Positions 1-8,375 of a DNA stretch of 64,000 bases are shown here, piece by piece (within the stretch, counting starts at the first letter, position 1; each line of letters starts with the position of its first letter). The stretch is taken from NCBI GenBank assembly GCA_964575955.1, contig CAZNTG010000006.1, positions 1 to 64,000 of the forward strand. The letters are read 5' to 3'. Below the pieces are notes generated by a model that was given only the letters and a program-made list of their open reading frames with translations, did no database searches and was not told the DNA's origin. The DNA is from an uncultured Thermoproteaceae archaeon. GTDB lineage: Archaea > Thermoproteota > Thermoprotei > Thermoproteales > Thermocladiaceae. The position numbers were made by a program, and so were the translations under genes.

Positions 1-1249
1 CAAATGGTACTAATGTTCTATCTGGAAGTACCATTCTAGGTTCTGCACACCAGCTATATGGCTCTCCTTCCCAAACCTCTGGAATCTTAGGTAGTGGTCC
101 TGGATTTGGAATTGTCTCCTTATTCCACTCATGGTATGGTACAAGTTCTTCAACACCATTTGCAATTGGTTTACCTGCTGGATCTGTACCAACAACATAC
201 CTACCCATCAATTCTGGTAATCCCCAGTAGTATCCTGATGTTAGTAGTTCAACCATGTTACGTTGTAGATCTGTGAAGTTTCTATACACTAGATTGTTAC
301 CAACTGCAAGTCCAGGCTTAAACAATCTTAAACTATATGCATCATCAATTCCAAGATAGACTTCTGCATAATCCATCATGTCTTCCTCTCTGAGGTATAG
401 TTCTGCTGTTGGATTTTCAAAAAGTCCTGCTGATAACATTATTGCTGGATCATATGTTATTCCTTGACATCTAGCATATGTCTTACCTGTCTGTTTAACT
501 TCAACATGTGTGTAGTATAGGTATAGCATGTCTATCCATTGTGCAATTAGGAACTTAACCCACATTGTGAGGTATATCAACCTCTCTAAATAGTATGAGA
601 ATAGTTTCTGAAGATACTTATTGTCAAAACATACTCCGCCTGGTACAAGTGTTGCTGGATGTGCATATTTTCCATATATTAACGATCCAGCTTCTTTAGC
701 AAGTCTCTGATAGTATACACATAGAGCATATGTAAGTCCAGGCTTTGGAATTGGATTCCAACCACACTCCATATCGTAGAATGTCTTATATCCATGAAAA
801 TCTGCAAGTGGACATTTTATAGACTTAGTCTCTTCGAGAAGTTTAGGATGAGTATACTTGAGAATATACTCTGAGTAGTCTGGTCCTTCTAGTAAACTTA
901 GAAGTACTGAGTGATCATAGGTATAGTCTGTCATCGCATATGCAAGATTTCTAAGAGCTGCTGCTAGAGGTGTTGGAGGTACACCTAAAGCCATGTCACA
1001 TGCAAGAACGCTAGCATTAGCATGTGCAGCACCACAAACACCACAAGATCTAGAAGTTACAAATATTGCTGCGTCTGGTCTTCTTCCTTTTAGAATAATT
1101 TCAAAACCTCTAAACATTATTGCAATAGTAAATGCATCTTCAGTCTTTCCCTCTCTACTAACTTTAACGAAAAGACCTAGATGACCTTCAATTCTAGTAA
1201 TGGGCTCAATTTTGAGAATAATGCTATCTTTATTTCCTGTTGATGACAT
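1..1249 (-). CDS. NiFe hydrogenase large subunit (group 1-like), truncated by the window start
   Basis: Not in the ORF track. Manual translation from ATG at 1249 gives MSSTGNKDSIILKIEPITRIEGHLG...FRGFEIILKGR...TSRSCGVCGAAH (L1 RxCxxC Ni motif)...HPATLVPGG...YSWCAEPR; the frame is open to the window edge; divergent from hypE. Confidence 0.93.
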   Translation of the reverse strand, partial: MSSTGNKDSIILKIEPITRIEGHLGLFVKVSREGKTEDAFTIAIMFRGFEIILKGRRPDAAIFVTSRSCGVCGAAHANASVLACDMALGVPPTPLAAALRNLAYAMTDYTYDHSVLLSLLEGPDYSEYILKYTHPKLLEETKSIKCPLADFHGYKTFYDMECGWNPIPKPGLTYALCVYYQRLAKEAGSLIYGKYAHPATLVPGGVCFDNKYLQKLFSYYLERLIYLTMWVKFLIAQWIDMLYLYYTHVEVKQTGKTYARCQGITYDPAIMLSAGLFENPTAELYLREEDMMDYAEVYLGIDDAYSLRLFKPGLAVGNNLVYRNFTDLQRNMVELLTSGYYWGLPELMGRYVVGTDPAGKPIANGVEELVPYHEWNKETIPNPGPLPKIPEVWEGEPYSWCAEPRMVLPDRTLVPF

Positions 1250-1402
1250 AGAGCTCTCACATTTTAACAGGTTACATATAAATTAAGTCTTACCTACTAG
1301 TGCTTAGCCCTTGTACATTGTTACTTAACCATTTCTTAAGTATTTTCAATATTCTTCATAAAGGTTCAATTTAATAGTCAGACATGTATATCATGTATAG
1401 GT

Positions 1403-2431
1403 ATGAGTATTGTTCTAGCACATGGATCAGGTGGAGAGAAAACTATGGAACTTCTAAGAACTCTAATACTTTCAAAAGTTCCTGAAAAACTCTATAAAAC
1501 ACCTGAGGGCTTCGGATTAGATATTTTAGATGATGGTGCATGTATAAAGGTTGGAAATGTACATATTGTAGTATCTATAGATTCATATACTGTAAATCCA
1601 ATATTCTTCCCAGGTGGTGATCTTGGAAAACTTGCAGCATCAGGAACATTAAATGATGTTGTTGCTATGGGTGCAAAGCCTGTAGCTGTTCTAGATGCTG
1701 TAATTATTGAAGAAGGTACTGATATGGACACTGTTGATAAAATTTTAAGATCATTCATAGAGGTTATCAAGGAGGAAGATGTTGCACTTATAGGTGGTGA
1801 TTTGAAAGTTATGCCTAGAGGACAACTTGACAAAATTGTAATTACAGTAGCAGGTATTGGTATTACTGAGAAACCTATAATCGATAAAAATTTGAAGAGT
1901 GGTGATAAGATAATAGTAACAGGACCAATTGCTGAGCATGGTGTTACGATTATGGCACTTCAGCAAGGTATTGATGCTGAGAAGTATGGACTTAAGAGTG
2001 ATTGTAGATGTCTAGTAAAGCCAATACTTAGACTAGTTGAGAAGTATGGTGAACATATACATGCTATGAGAGATCCAACTAGAGGTGGTCTTGCAACAGT
2101 GCTAAATGAGTGGGCTAGAGAGTCAGGTAAGGTCATAATTGTAGATGAGAAGAATATACCTATAAGATTTGAAGTTAGAAAGTTCTGCGAAATTGCAGGT
2201 ATAGACCCAATGTATCTTGCATGTGAAGGTGTTATGGTAATATCTGCAGATCCTGAAGTTGCTGAGAATATTGTAGAAGATTTGAGAAATATGGGTTTTG
2301 AATATGCATCTATAATTGGCGAAGTTCGTGAGAGTGAGAAGTATAGAGGAATGGTCATCTGTAGAACATCATCTTCAGGACTTAGAATAGTAGAACCTTT
2401 AAGAGGCGTACTTGTACCAAGAATATGTTAG
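1403..2431 (+). CDS. hypE: Hydrogenase maturation carbamoyl dehydratase HypE
   Basis: HGSGG, DSYTVNPIFFPGGDLGKLA, RDPTRGG and C-terminal PRIC. Confidence 0.97.
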   Translation: MSIVLAHGSGGEKTMELLRTLILSKVPEKLYKTPEGFGLDILDDGACIKVGNVHIVVSIDSYTVNPIFFPGGDLGKLAASGTLNDVVAMGAKPVAVLDAVIIEEGTDMDTVDKILRSFIEVIKEEDVALIGGDLKVMPRGQLDKIVITVAGIGITEKPIIDKNLKSGDKIIVTGPIAEHGVTIMALQQGIDAEKYGLKSDCRCLVKPILRLVEKYGEHIHAMRDPTRGGLATVLNEWARESGKVIIVDEKNIPIRFEVRKFCEIAGIDPMYLACEGVMVISADPEVAENIVEDLRNMGFEYASIIGEVRESEKYRGMVICRTSSSGLRIVEPLRGVLVPRIC

Positions 2432-2513
2432 GTTTTTATATCTATCATTCATACAACATATCTGAACAGTATCGATATTGTTTTAACTAGGATAGTAGTA
2501 GTACATTGAAGAA

Positions 2514-2936
2514 ATGTCTACAGTAAGAACTAGCATATCTATAAAGAAGGAGATTTTAGATCTAGTTGATAAACTTGCTAAAGAGCTTAATACAACACGC
2601 AGTCATGTGATAACATCAGCAATTGAGTCATACATAATGGATAAGTCATGGGTATTAGGTAGAGATGAGGATATTGTATGTGGAGTTCTTATCGTACTAT
2701 ACGAGACAGGTCACTATGAAGCAGATACTAAACTAACGATACTACAACATCAGTATGATAATATAATTAGAGCATCAATGCACATACATGTAAGCAAGAC
2801 AATGTGTATGGAAGTTGTGGCAGTTAAGGGAAAGTTGAAAGATGTTAAAGAGCTTGCAAACCAGCTAGAGGGACTGAAAGGTGTGTTATCTCTAAAATAC
2901 TGCATATACCCAGTATCTGAAGAAGAACACACGTGA
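2514..2936 (+). CDS. nikR: Nickel-responsive regulator NikR (RHH + ACT)
   Basis: N-terminal ribbon-helix-helix (RTSISI...RSHVI); QH...HIH...CMEV Ni-binding residues. Confidence 0.9.
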   Translation: MSTVRTSISIKKEILDLVDKLAKELNTTRSHVITSAIESYIMDKSWVLGRDEDIVCGVLIVLYETGHYEADTKLTILQHQYDNIIRASMHIHVSKTMCMEVVAVKGKLKDVKELANQLEGLKGVLSLKYCIYPVSEEEHT

Positions 2937-4030
2937 CAACACTGATAATAAATCCATCATCAATAATAAGCACATACTGCTACTCTATATTTAGAATTGA
3001 AGTAGACTCATCATGTGAAAATTCATGTATCTACTGCTATGCAAATTGGTATAGAATTGAGAATATAAACATAACAAAGAGACATATAGAAGAATTTAGA
3101 AAGTTTATACAACATATCTCACAGAGGTTCAATAAGATACCAATATTTAGAATGTCAACACTTGTAGAACCATTTCAAGAAAAGTCAATATTAAGAACAT
3201 TGCACATATTAAAACTATGTATAAAATATGAAGTACCACTGATAATAAATACGAAAAACATACACATGCTAAGGAATGAAGATATATTAAATCAAATACT
3301 GAAACTACATGATAGAAGACTAGTATTAATACAACTCTCAATATGTACGATTAATGAAGAATTATCAAGAAAATTAGAACCAAAAGCTCCAAATCCTGAA
3401 TTGAGACTTGAGATGTTAGATATATTGAAAAGCTATGGAATACCTACCGTAGTAAGATATCAACCACTAATACCTGGAGTATGCGAGTACGAGTATGTGG
3501 ATTTTATAAAAATATGTTATCAAAAATCTATAAGACACATAATTTTAGAACCTATAAGACTCACAAGACAAGTACTTATAAACCTCTCAAAAATAGTTAA
3601 AGATCTACACAACGTTAGATGGATACCATACTCAGAAATTACAAAGAATATACTAAAACCATGTAATGAATGGTTTAGAGATATATTAAATAAGATACTG
3701 GAAGAATGTGATAGATATGGTATAAGTGTTGCTACGTGTAAAGATCCTCATATAAACATTCTGAAAAATGCAGAAGATTGCTGTGGTATATATCTAATGA
3801 ATAGTGACAGAATTTTAAAGAAAGCAACAATATATGATCTAAAGAGATATAACATCATTTGTAATGACATCTATGAACTACTACATAAACTTGAAGAATT
3901 ATCTGATAAATATATAGCTATATCGTTCATACAAAAATTGCCCAAGGAGTATAGAAAGAAGTTAAAACATCACTATAAAGTACTTTTAAATTGTTATAGA
4001 AGTAAGAATCTTAATGTTATAATTTGTTAG
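2933..4030 (+). CDS. Radical SAM protein, spore photoproduct lyase-like family
   Basis: CENSCIYC motif, EPFQ, INTK, LEPKAPNPELRL, late CCG; GTG start overlaps the nikR stop. Confidence 0.8.
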   Translation: MTTLIINPSSIISTYCYSIFRIEVDSSCENSCIYCYANWYRIENINITKRHIEEFRKFIQHISQRFNKIPIFRMSTLVEPFQEKSILRTLHILKLCIKYEVPLIINTKNIHMLRNEDILNQILKLHDRRLVLIQLSICTINEELSRKLEPKAPNPELRLEMLDILKSYGIPTVVRYQPLIPGVCEYEYVDFIKICYQKSIRHIILEPIRLTRQVLINLSKIVKDLHNVRWIPYSEITKNILKPCNEWFRDILNKILEECDRYGISVATCKDPHINILKNAEDCCGIYLMNSDRILKKATIYDLKRYNIICNDIYELLHKLEELSDKYIAISFIQKLPKEYRKKLKHHYKVLLNCYRSKNLNVIIC

Positions 4031-4146
4031 AGTCTATATATAAGTTCATAGTACTATAATATGCATTGACTAACCATATTTTTGAGAGGAGAGAGTTATC
4101 GTACTGCAATAGTTAATTTTTAAAATGAGTTATAAATCTCTATGAC

Positions 4147-4674
4147 ATGTCTTCAGAATTTAGGAGTATAGAACATAACTTAGTGGGTCAGGAACAGAGT
4201 CATGAACTTATTAAAATAATAAGAACTATGCATGGATTAGAAGAAGGTTGTAGTGAATACATGTTCAATGTTTATAAATGTGTTAAAGTACAGTATTGTG
4301 AACTTCCTACTCATATTGCTATAACTCCGAGAAATGTATCAATTATATTGAAGTATAGAGGATTTATTGAGGAGAATATTTTTGAAAAATTTGCAAAATT
4401 AGAGGCTGAAGTTTTAGGGAGAGAATTTATAAATGTTTTTAAAGTTGTTAAAAGTTCTACAGATTTAGCAAATCTTATAGATGAAGTACGTACAAGACTT
4501 GAGAAGTATTATATATACCTATATTTGAGAGGTGAGGATATTGCTAAGGAAGTATATACAACACTTGTATGGTACTTCAATACATTATCTGCACTTGCAA
4601 CATTTGCATCAAAGCCAGCGATAAGACCTAGAGATATACTTCTACGTACTAAGTTGAAATTTTTAAGAATTTAA
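4147..4674 (+). CDS. Hypothetical protein
   Basis: 175-aa ORF with host-like codon usage; no recognised motif. Confidence 0.6.
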   Translation: MSSEFRSIEHNLVGQEQSHELIKIIRTMHGLEEGCSEYMFNVYKCVKVQYCELPTHIAITPRNVSIILKYRGFIEENIFEKFAKLEAEVLGREFINVFKVVKSSTDLANLIDEVRTRLEKYYIYLYLRGEDIAKEVYTTLVWYFNTLSALATFASKPAIRPRDILLRTKLKFLRI

Positions 4675-4688
4675 TAACTGCATTTTCA

Positions 4689-5073
4689 ATGTTATTATTA
4701 TTATTTTCAGATGATTCTAAGATAGAGTATTAAGATAGAGTATATAGGAACTAGATATCCAGAAACATCAAAAGTAATTGAAGATTATATTAAGGGAAAA
4801 TCTCCTTTAAAATCTTCAGAATATGTAAAACTATTTCTAAACTATCTCGTAGTCGATATGCTAGTTATAGATGATATATCTCAATCATATATAGAATTCT
4901 TACAAAATAACGTTCCTGAACTTATAAATGATAGATGTCTAATTGGTATAAACATAAGTCCATTAGTTAGAGTAGTGATAACATACAATATCGAGAGGTC
5001 AGATTATGATTGTACTAAACTTCTCGATAATACTCAGTTAAAGTTAAATGCTAAGATCATTGAAATATTATAA
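4689..5073 (+). pseudogene. Hypothetical gene interrupted by a 13-bp tandem duplication
   Basis: ATG at 4689 reads MLLLLFSDDSKIEY then TAA from the second copy of taagatagagtat (4718-4730, 4731-4743); removing one copy joins it to the 4858-5073 frame, giving about 123 aa. Confidence 0.55.
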
Positions 5074-5076
5074 ATA

Positions 5077-5146
5077 TGTCTCTCGGCCCGACGGACCTTC
5101 CTCTCATCGAGGTCGGGGCTACCGACCTCTCGAGGAAGTGGGGTCA
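5077..5146 (-). ncRNA. K-turn hairpin RNA with 3' ACA; candidate H/ACA-type pseudouridylation guide
   Basis: GC island. The minus strand reads cttcctc-GA-gaggtcgg-loop-ccgacctc-GAT-GA-gaggaag (K-turn geometry), then a 17-nt tail and ACA; an AT-rich TATA-like tract lies about 25 bp upstream. Confidence 0.6.
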
Positions 5147-5185
5147 GTTAAAATATTTTTAATCTATTTAAAAAACCAATCTCTA

Positions 5186-5234
5186 TCAGCTAAAGGAATT
5201 TTAATCATCAATCATACTGGGGAGTTTTCATCAC
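5186..5234 (-). ncRNA. C/D box sRNA
   Basis: Minus strand GTGATGA-aaactccccagt-ATGA-TTGATGA-ttaaaattcctttag-CTGA; guides are antisense to the conserved 16S motifs CUGGGGAGU and UAAAGGAAUU. Confidence 0.85.
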
Positions 5235-5290
5235 TCACGATATCTCTACCATAAAGTAGAGTTTAAATACATTCTAGACCTATACAGACC

Positions 5291-5881
5291 ATGGGTTTAG
5301 ATAATTCTAAAAGTGTTAAGTTGTATATACTTACAATATTGCCTATCGTAATCACATTCATAGTTCTTACGTCAGTAATACCGAAGATATGTACTGCGAG
5401 TAGTGTTGTAGAGTATGAATATCTAAAGAATGTTAATAAGGGATTGATATATTCAGCATTTAAGTCAAAACATTTCAGCACTATTATATATATAGACCAT
5501 ATCAGTAGGTGTGTTATAGTATTTAGAGCAGCGTTTCACTCAACATACTCTATAGACCGTATTGATATAGACTTACTTAACAAATTAGATAACGATGTTT
5601 CAAATATACATATAATACCTATAGTGTATAGTTATTTTAAAAATATATTTTCAATACACTACAATCAGACAAGTATTCATATAATAGTTAGAAGGTCTAT
5701 TACTGGAGGTACATATGTTTTCAAATTTATACTATACGATGAGAGTTGTAGACTTCCACACAGAGCACTGGCTTTAAGGTTCAGAATTTCAGCAAGTGGA
5801 GAGAGAAAGCATGTTGTTGGAATTTGCATTTTTAAGCTTGGACTATCGAAAGTAGTATTAAGTTCCGAAAAGCAAGTCTAA
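5291..5881 (+). CDS. Hypothetical membrane-anchored or secreted protein
   Basis: 196 aa; N-terminal hydrophobic helix followed by a beta-rich body. Confidence 0.55.
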   Translation: MGLDNSKSVKLYILTILPIVITFIVLTSVIPKICTASSVVEYEYLKNVNKGLIYSAFKSKHFSTIIYIDHISRCVIVFRAAFHSTYSIDRIDIDLLNKLDNDVSNIHIIPIVYSYFKNIFSIHYNQTSIHIIVRRSITGGTYVFKFILYDESCRLPHRALALRFRISASGERKHVVGICIFKLGLSKVVLSSEKQV

Positions 5882-6103
5882 TATCTGCATTAGAGTGTCT
5901 TTCTTACCTGTAAGTATTTCCTTATTGTAAAATTCTGTATATCCACAATGTCTGCAGGTTATGGCTATATACGTATATGCTTGCCAATTTAATAGTCTTG
6001 ATAGTCCACTTCCAGTAAATGAATGTTCATTTATGTATGGATCTGATGTTCCACATTTTGGACATTTCCACCTCTTTTTGATTTCTTCTAATACATCTAC
6101 CAT
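5858..6103 (-). CDS. Zinc-ribbon nucleic-acid-binding protein
   Basis: WKCPKCG...TCRHCGYTEFY...ILDLLFG, the typical small Zn-ribbon family pattern. Confidence 0.85.
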   Translation of the reverse strand: MVDVLEEIKKRWKCPKCGTSDPYINEHSFTGSGLSRLLNWQAYTYIAITCRHCGYTEFYNKEILTGKKDTLMQILDLLFGT

Positions 6104-6113
6104 ATGTATACAC

Positions 6114-6824
6114 TCATTTCCAAATATTTAAATCCTTCGATAAAATTTGTCTAATTACCTCTCTAACATACCTCTCTACATCATCAATATTTTTTGTTAT
6201 AGCTATTTTTTGAAATTCTTCACTATTCATGAGTGTTCTATATATTTTCATTCTAATTTTTGGATCTTTAACTTCACTTTTTATGATATTCTTAGCTTTA
6301 AACCATGCTTCTGCAAGTTTCTTAATATTTTCACTATGTCTAATCTGTTCTATAATCCAATCTCTCAATATTTTTGCAAATGTACTACTTCTACCTTCTG
6401 TAGTTACTGCAATTCTAATACTATCGATCTGTCCTTCAAGTGGTACTACAACATCTGCATATCTCACATCTGTTGCATCATTTAGAAGTTTGTTATATCT
6501 TCTACATAGTTGTCTAACGATTTCTGCAATATCTCTATTAGGTATCGTGTATACTACAAGGTCAGCCCATGCTATCCATGCTTCTAGAAATGATATGTTG
6601 TTAATTGTCAAATCTACCTGATATAGTGTTAATCTACCCTCCTTACTTAGCTCTTTTAATTCGTCTGTAAATTCTCTTGAAAGTACTACAACTCTAGCAC
6701 CCGCATTTAGAAATTTCTTAGCTCTATGTGTTCCAACTTCACCTCCACCAAGGACTAAAACCTTTCTATTATTAAACTCTATGAAGAGTGGTATTCTCAC
6801 GATCTCTACATTTTTTAATCTCAT
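6114..6824 (-). CDS. Precorrin-2 dehydrogenase (SirC / CysG N-terminal type)
   Basis: IPLFI...VLVLGGGEVGTHRA, IAVTTEGRS. Confidence 0.9.
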   Translation of the reverse strand: MRLKNVEIVRIPLFIEFNNRKVLVLGGGEVGTHRAKKFLNAGARVVVLSREFTDELKELSKEGRLTLYQVDLTINNISFLEAWIAWADLVVYTIPNRDIAEIVRQLCRRYNKLLNDATDVRYADVVVPLEGQIDSIRIAVTTEGRSSTFAKILRDWIIEQIRHSENIKKLAEAWFKAKNIIKSEVKDPKIRMKIYRTLMNSEEFQKIAITKNIDDVERYVREVIRQILSKDLNIWK

Positions 6825-7170
6825 TAACTAGTTTAAGTATATTATCAATTGTTAAATTATTATCTAAGTATTGTGTAGAGTTTTTGCATATTAGTTTAAA
6901 ATTGTTATCACAATAGTCTAAGATTATGTGATCGATAGTTATAGTGTTGTAATCTCTATATTCACATCTCTCAACACATACCGTAAATCCACTTTTAGCT
7001 AATAGTATTGATAGTAGTATTACTTTTCTAAAATCTTTACTGAATATTTTTACTTCAGTATCTAGACATTTTCTTGGTTTTACTAGTAACTTCCTATCTA
7101 CATCTCCAGAACTTTCAATATATACTACATATTCCTCTGTTTCAAATATCTCTTCTAGATTGTTATTCAA
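6772..7170 (-). CDS. Hypothetical protein
   Basis: ORF between rps2 and sirC; likely TTG start at 7170 overlapping the rps2 stop. Confidence 0.5.
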   Translation of the reverse strand: MNNNLEEIFETEEYVVYIESSGDVDRKLLVKPRKCLDTEVKIFSKDFRKVILLSILLAKSGFTVCVERCEYRDYNTITIDHIILDYCDNNFKLICKNSTQYLDNNLTIDNILKLVNEIKKCRDRENTTLHRV

Positions 7171-7807
7171 TTTCTCTAAACTTTGTTTCAAATTCTTCTG
7201 GTGGTACTGGTAGATCTTCACCAGGTTTTAATACTCCTCTTTCAATTAGTACTAGCTTTGCAAGTAGCCAATATATTAATGCTAGACTTCTCCTACCCTT
7301 ATTATTGCATGGTATTATTAGATCAACGTAGTGGTGTGGTGTGTCTGTATCTACTAGAGCTATTATAGGTATGCCTAGCTGTGCAGCTTCTGTAATTGCC
7401 TGTGTATCAACTTTAGGATCTGTAGCTACTAGTAGTTCAGCTTCTATATAGTATGATGCTCTTGGATTTGTAAATGTTCCAGGTATGAATCTTCCAGTTA
7501 TTGCTCTACAGCCAGTAAATTTACAAAACATCTCTACAGGTCTCCAACCATATGGTTTTGCAGATACTACAACTACCTTAGATGGGTCATATCTAGCTAT
7601 CATCTTTGCAGCAACTCTAATACGTTCATCAATCTTCCTAATATCGAATATTCTCAATCCATCATGTCTTACAGAGAATATGAATCCTCTCTTCTCAAGA
7701 TATGCATTTGAAACTCTAGTACCAAGTCTAACACCTGCAAACATGTACTTCTCAATAGGAACTAGAAACTCTCCCTCAGGTACTGGTGCAACACCTTCAC
7801 GAGACAT
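7163..7807 (-). CDS. rps2: 30S ribosomal protein uS2
   Basis: AGVRLGTR, GRFIPGTFTNP, PCNNKGRRSLALIYWLLA; start set at ATG 7807 (MSREG). Confidence 0.96.
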   Translation of the reverse strand: MSREGVAPVPEGEFLVPIEKYMFAGVRLGTRVSNAYLEKRGFIFSVRHDGLRIFDIRKIDERIRVAAKMIARYDPSKVVVVSAKPYGWRPVEMFCKFTGCRAITGRFIPGTFTNPRASYYIEAELLVATDPKVDTQAITEAAQLGIPIIALVDTDTPHHYVDLIIPCNNKGRRSLALIYWLLAKLVLIERGVLKPGEDLPVPPEEFETKFREIE

Positions 7808-7895
7808 CACAAAACACGAATTGTCTAAGTATAAAAACATTCTCTCTATCAGCCATGAAAAGCATTTTAGAGATACGTAGATACTTAATAGCGAG

Positions 7896-8354
7896 ATGAA
7901 GTATAGCTTCAGAAAGTCTAAACACGTAGAAAGAGGTCTAGAAAATATTGTAGGAGCAGTACTACTATTAGCCATAGTCGGTGTATTAATTCCAATAATA
8001 TACATGTACTTAGCACCTCTAGTTTCAGGTTCTGTATCAGAAGCAGCTAGGCTTACCCCACTTAAATCTTTCATAATCACTGCTGTTAATTACTCATCGG
8101 GTAAAGTCTACGTGTATGTTCTTAATACTGGAACAGTACCTGTAACATTAATTGAGGGTCTAGTTCTTAATATAACGAATCCTGACACGTATACTGTGGT
8201 GTGTAATTCTACATTCTACATAGTAGTACCTCCACACAATAGTACTGTAATTCCAATAAGCTGTACTCTCTCTGAGAAGAATTCGTATGAAATTATTATT
8301 TATTCCTGGAATGGATTTAGAGCTAAATACGTATACTACTATAGTTATAGCTAA
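7896..8354 (+). CDS. Archaeal type IV pilin-like protein
   Basis: Class III signal peptide (basic leader, RG/LENIVGAVLLLAIV), then YVLNTG motif and several NxS/T sites. Confidence 0.85.
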   Translation: MKYSFRKSKHVERGLENIVGAVLLLAIVGVLIPIIYMYLAPLVSGSVSEAARLTPLKSFIITAVNYSSGKVYVYVLNTGTVPVTLIEGLVLNITNPDTYTVVCNSTFYIVVPPHNSTVIPISCTLSEKNSYEIIIYSWNGFRAKYVYYYSYS

Positions 8355-8375
8355 GGTATAGTTAAGGTATGTTGT

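Noticed and set aside
1323-1396. Short palindromes (acttaa-N7-ttaagt; acatg-N5-catgt) as NikR operators
   Set aside because: They are too short for an AT-rich region and do not match the long-spacer NikR operator pattern
5048-5254. 68-aa plus-strand ORF
   Set aside because: It is the antisense shadow of two structured sRNAs
7808-8080. 91-aa N-terminal extension of uS2 in the ORF track
   Set aside because: It is antisense to the pilin gene; the uS2-like sequence starts at ATG 7807
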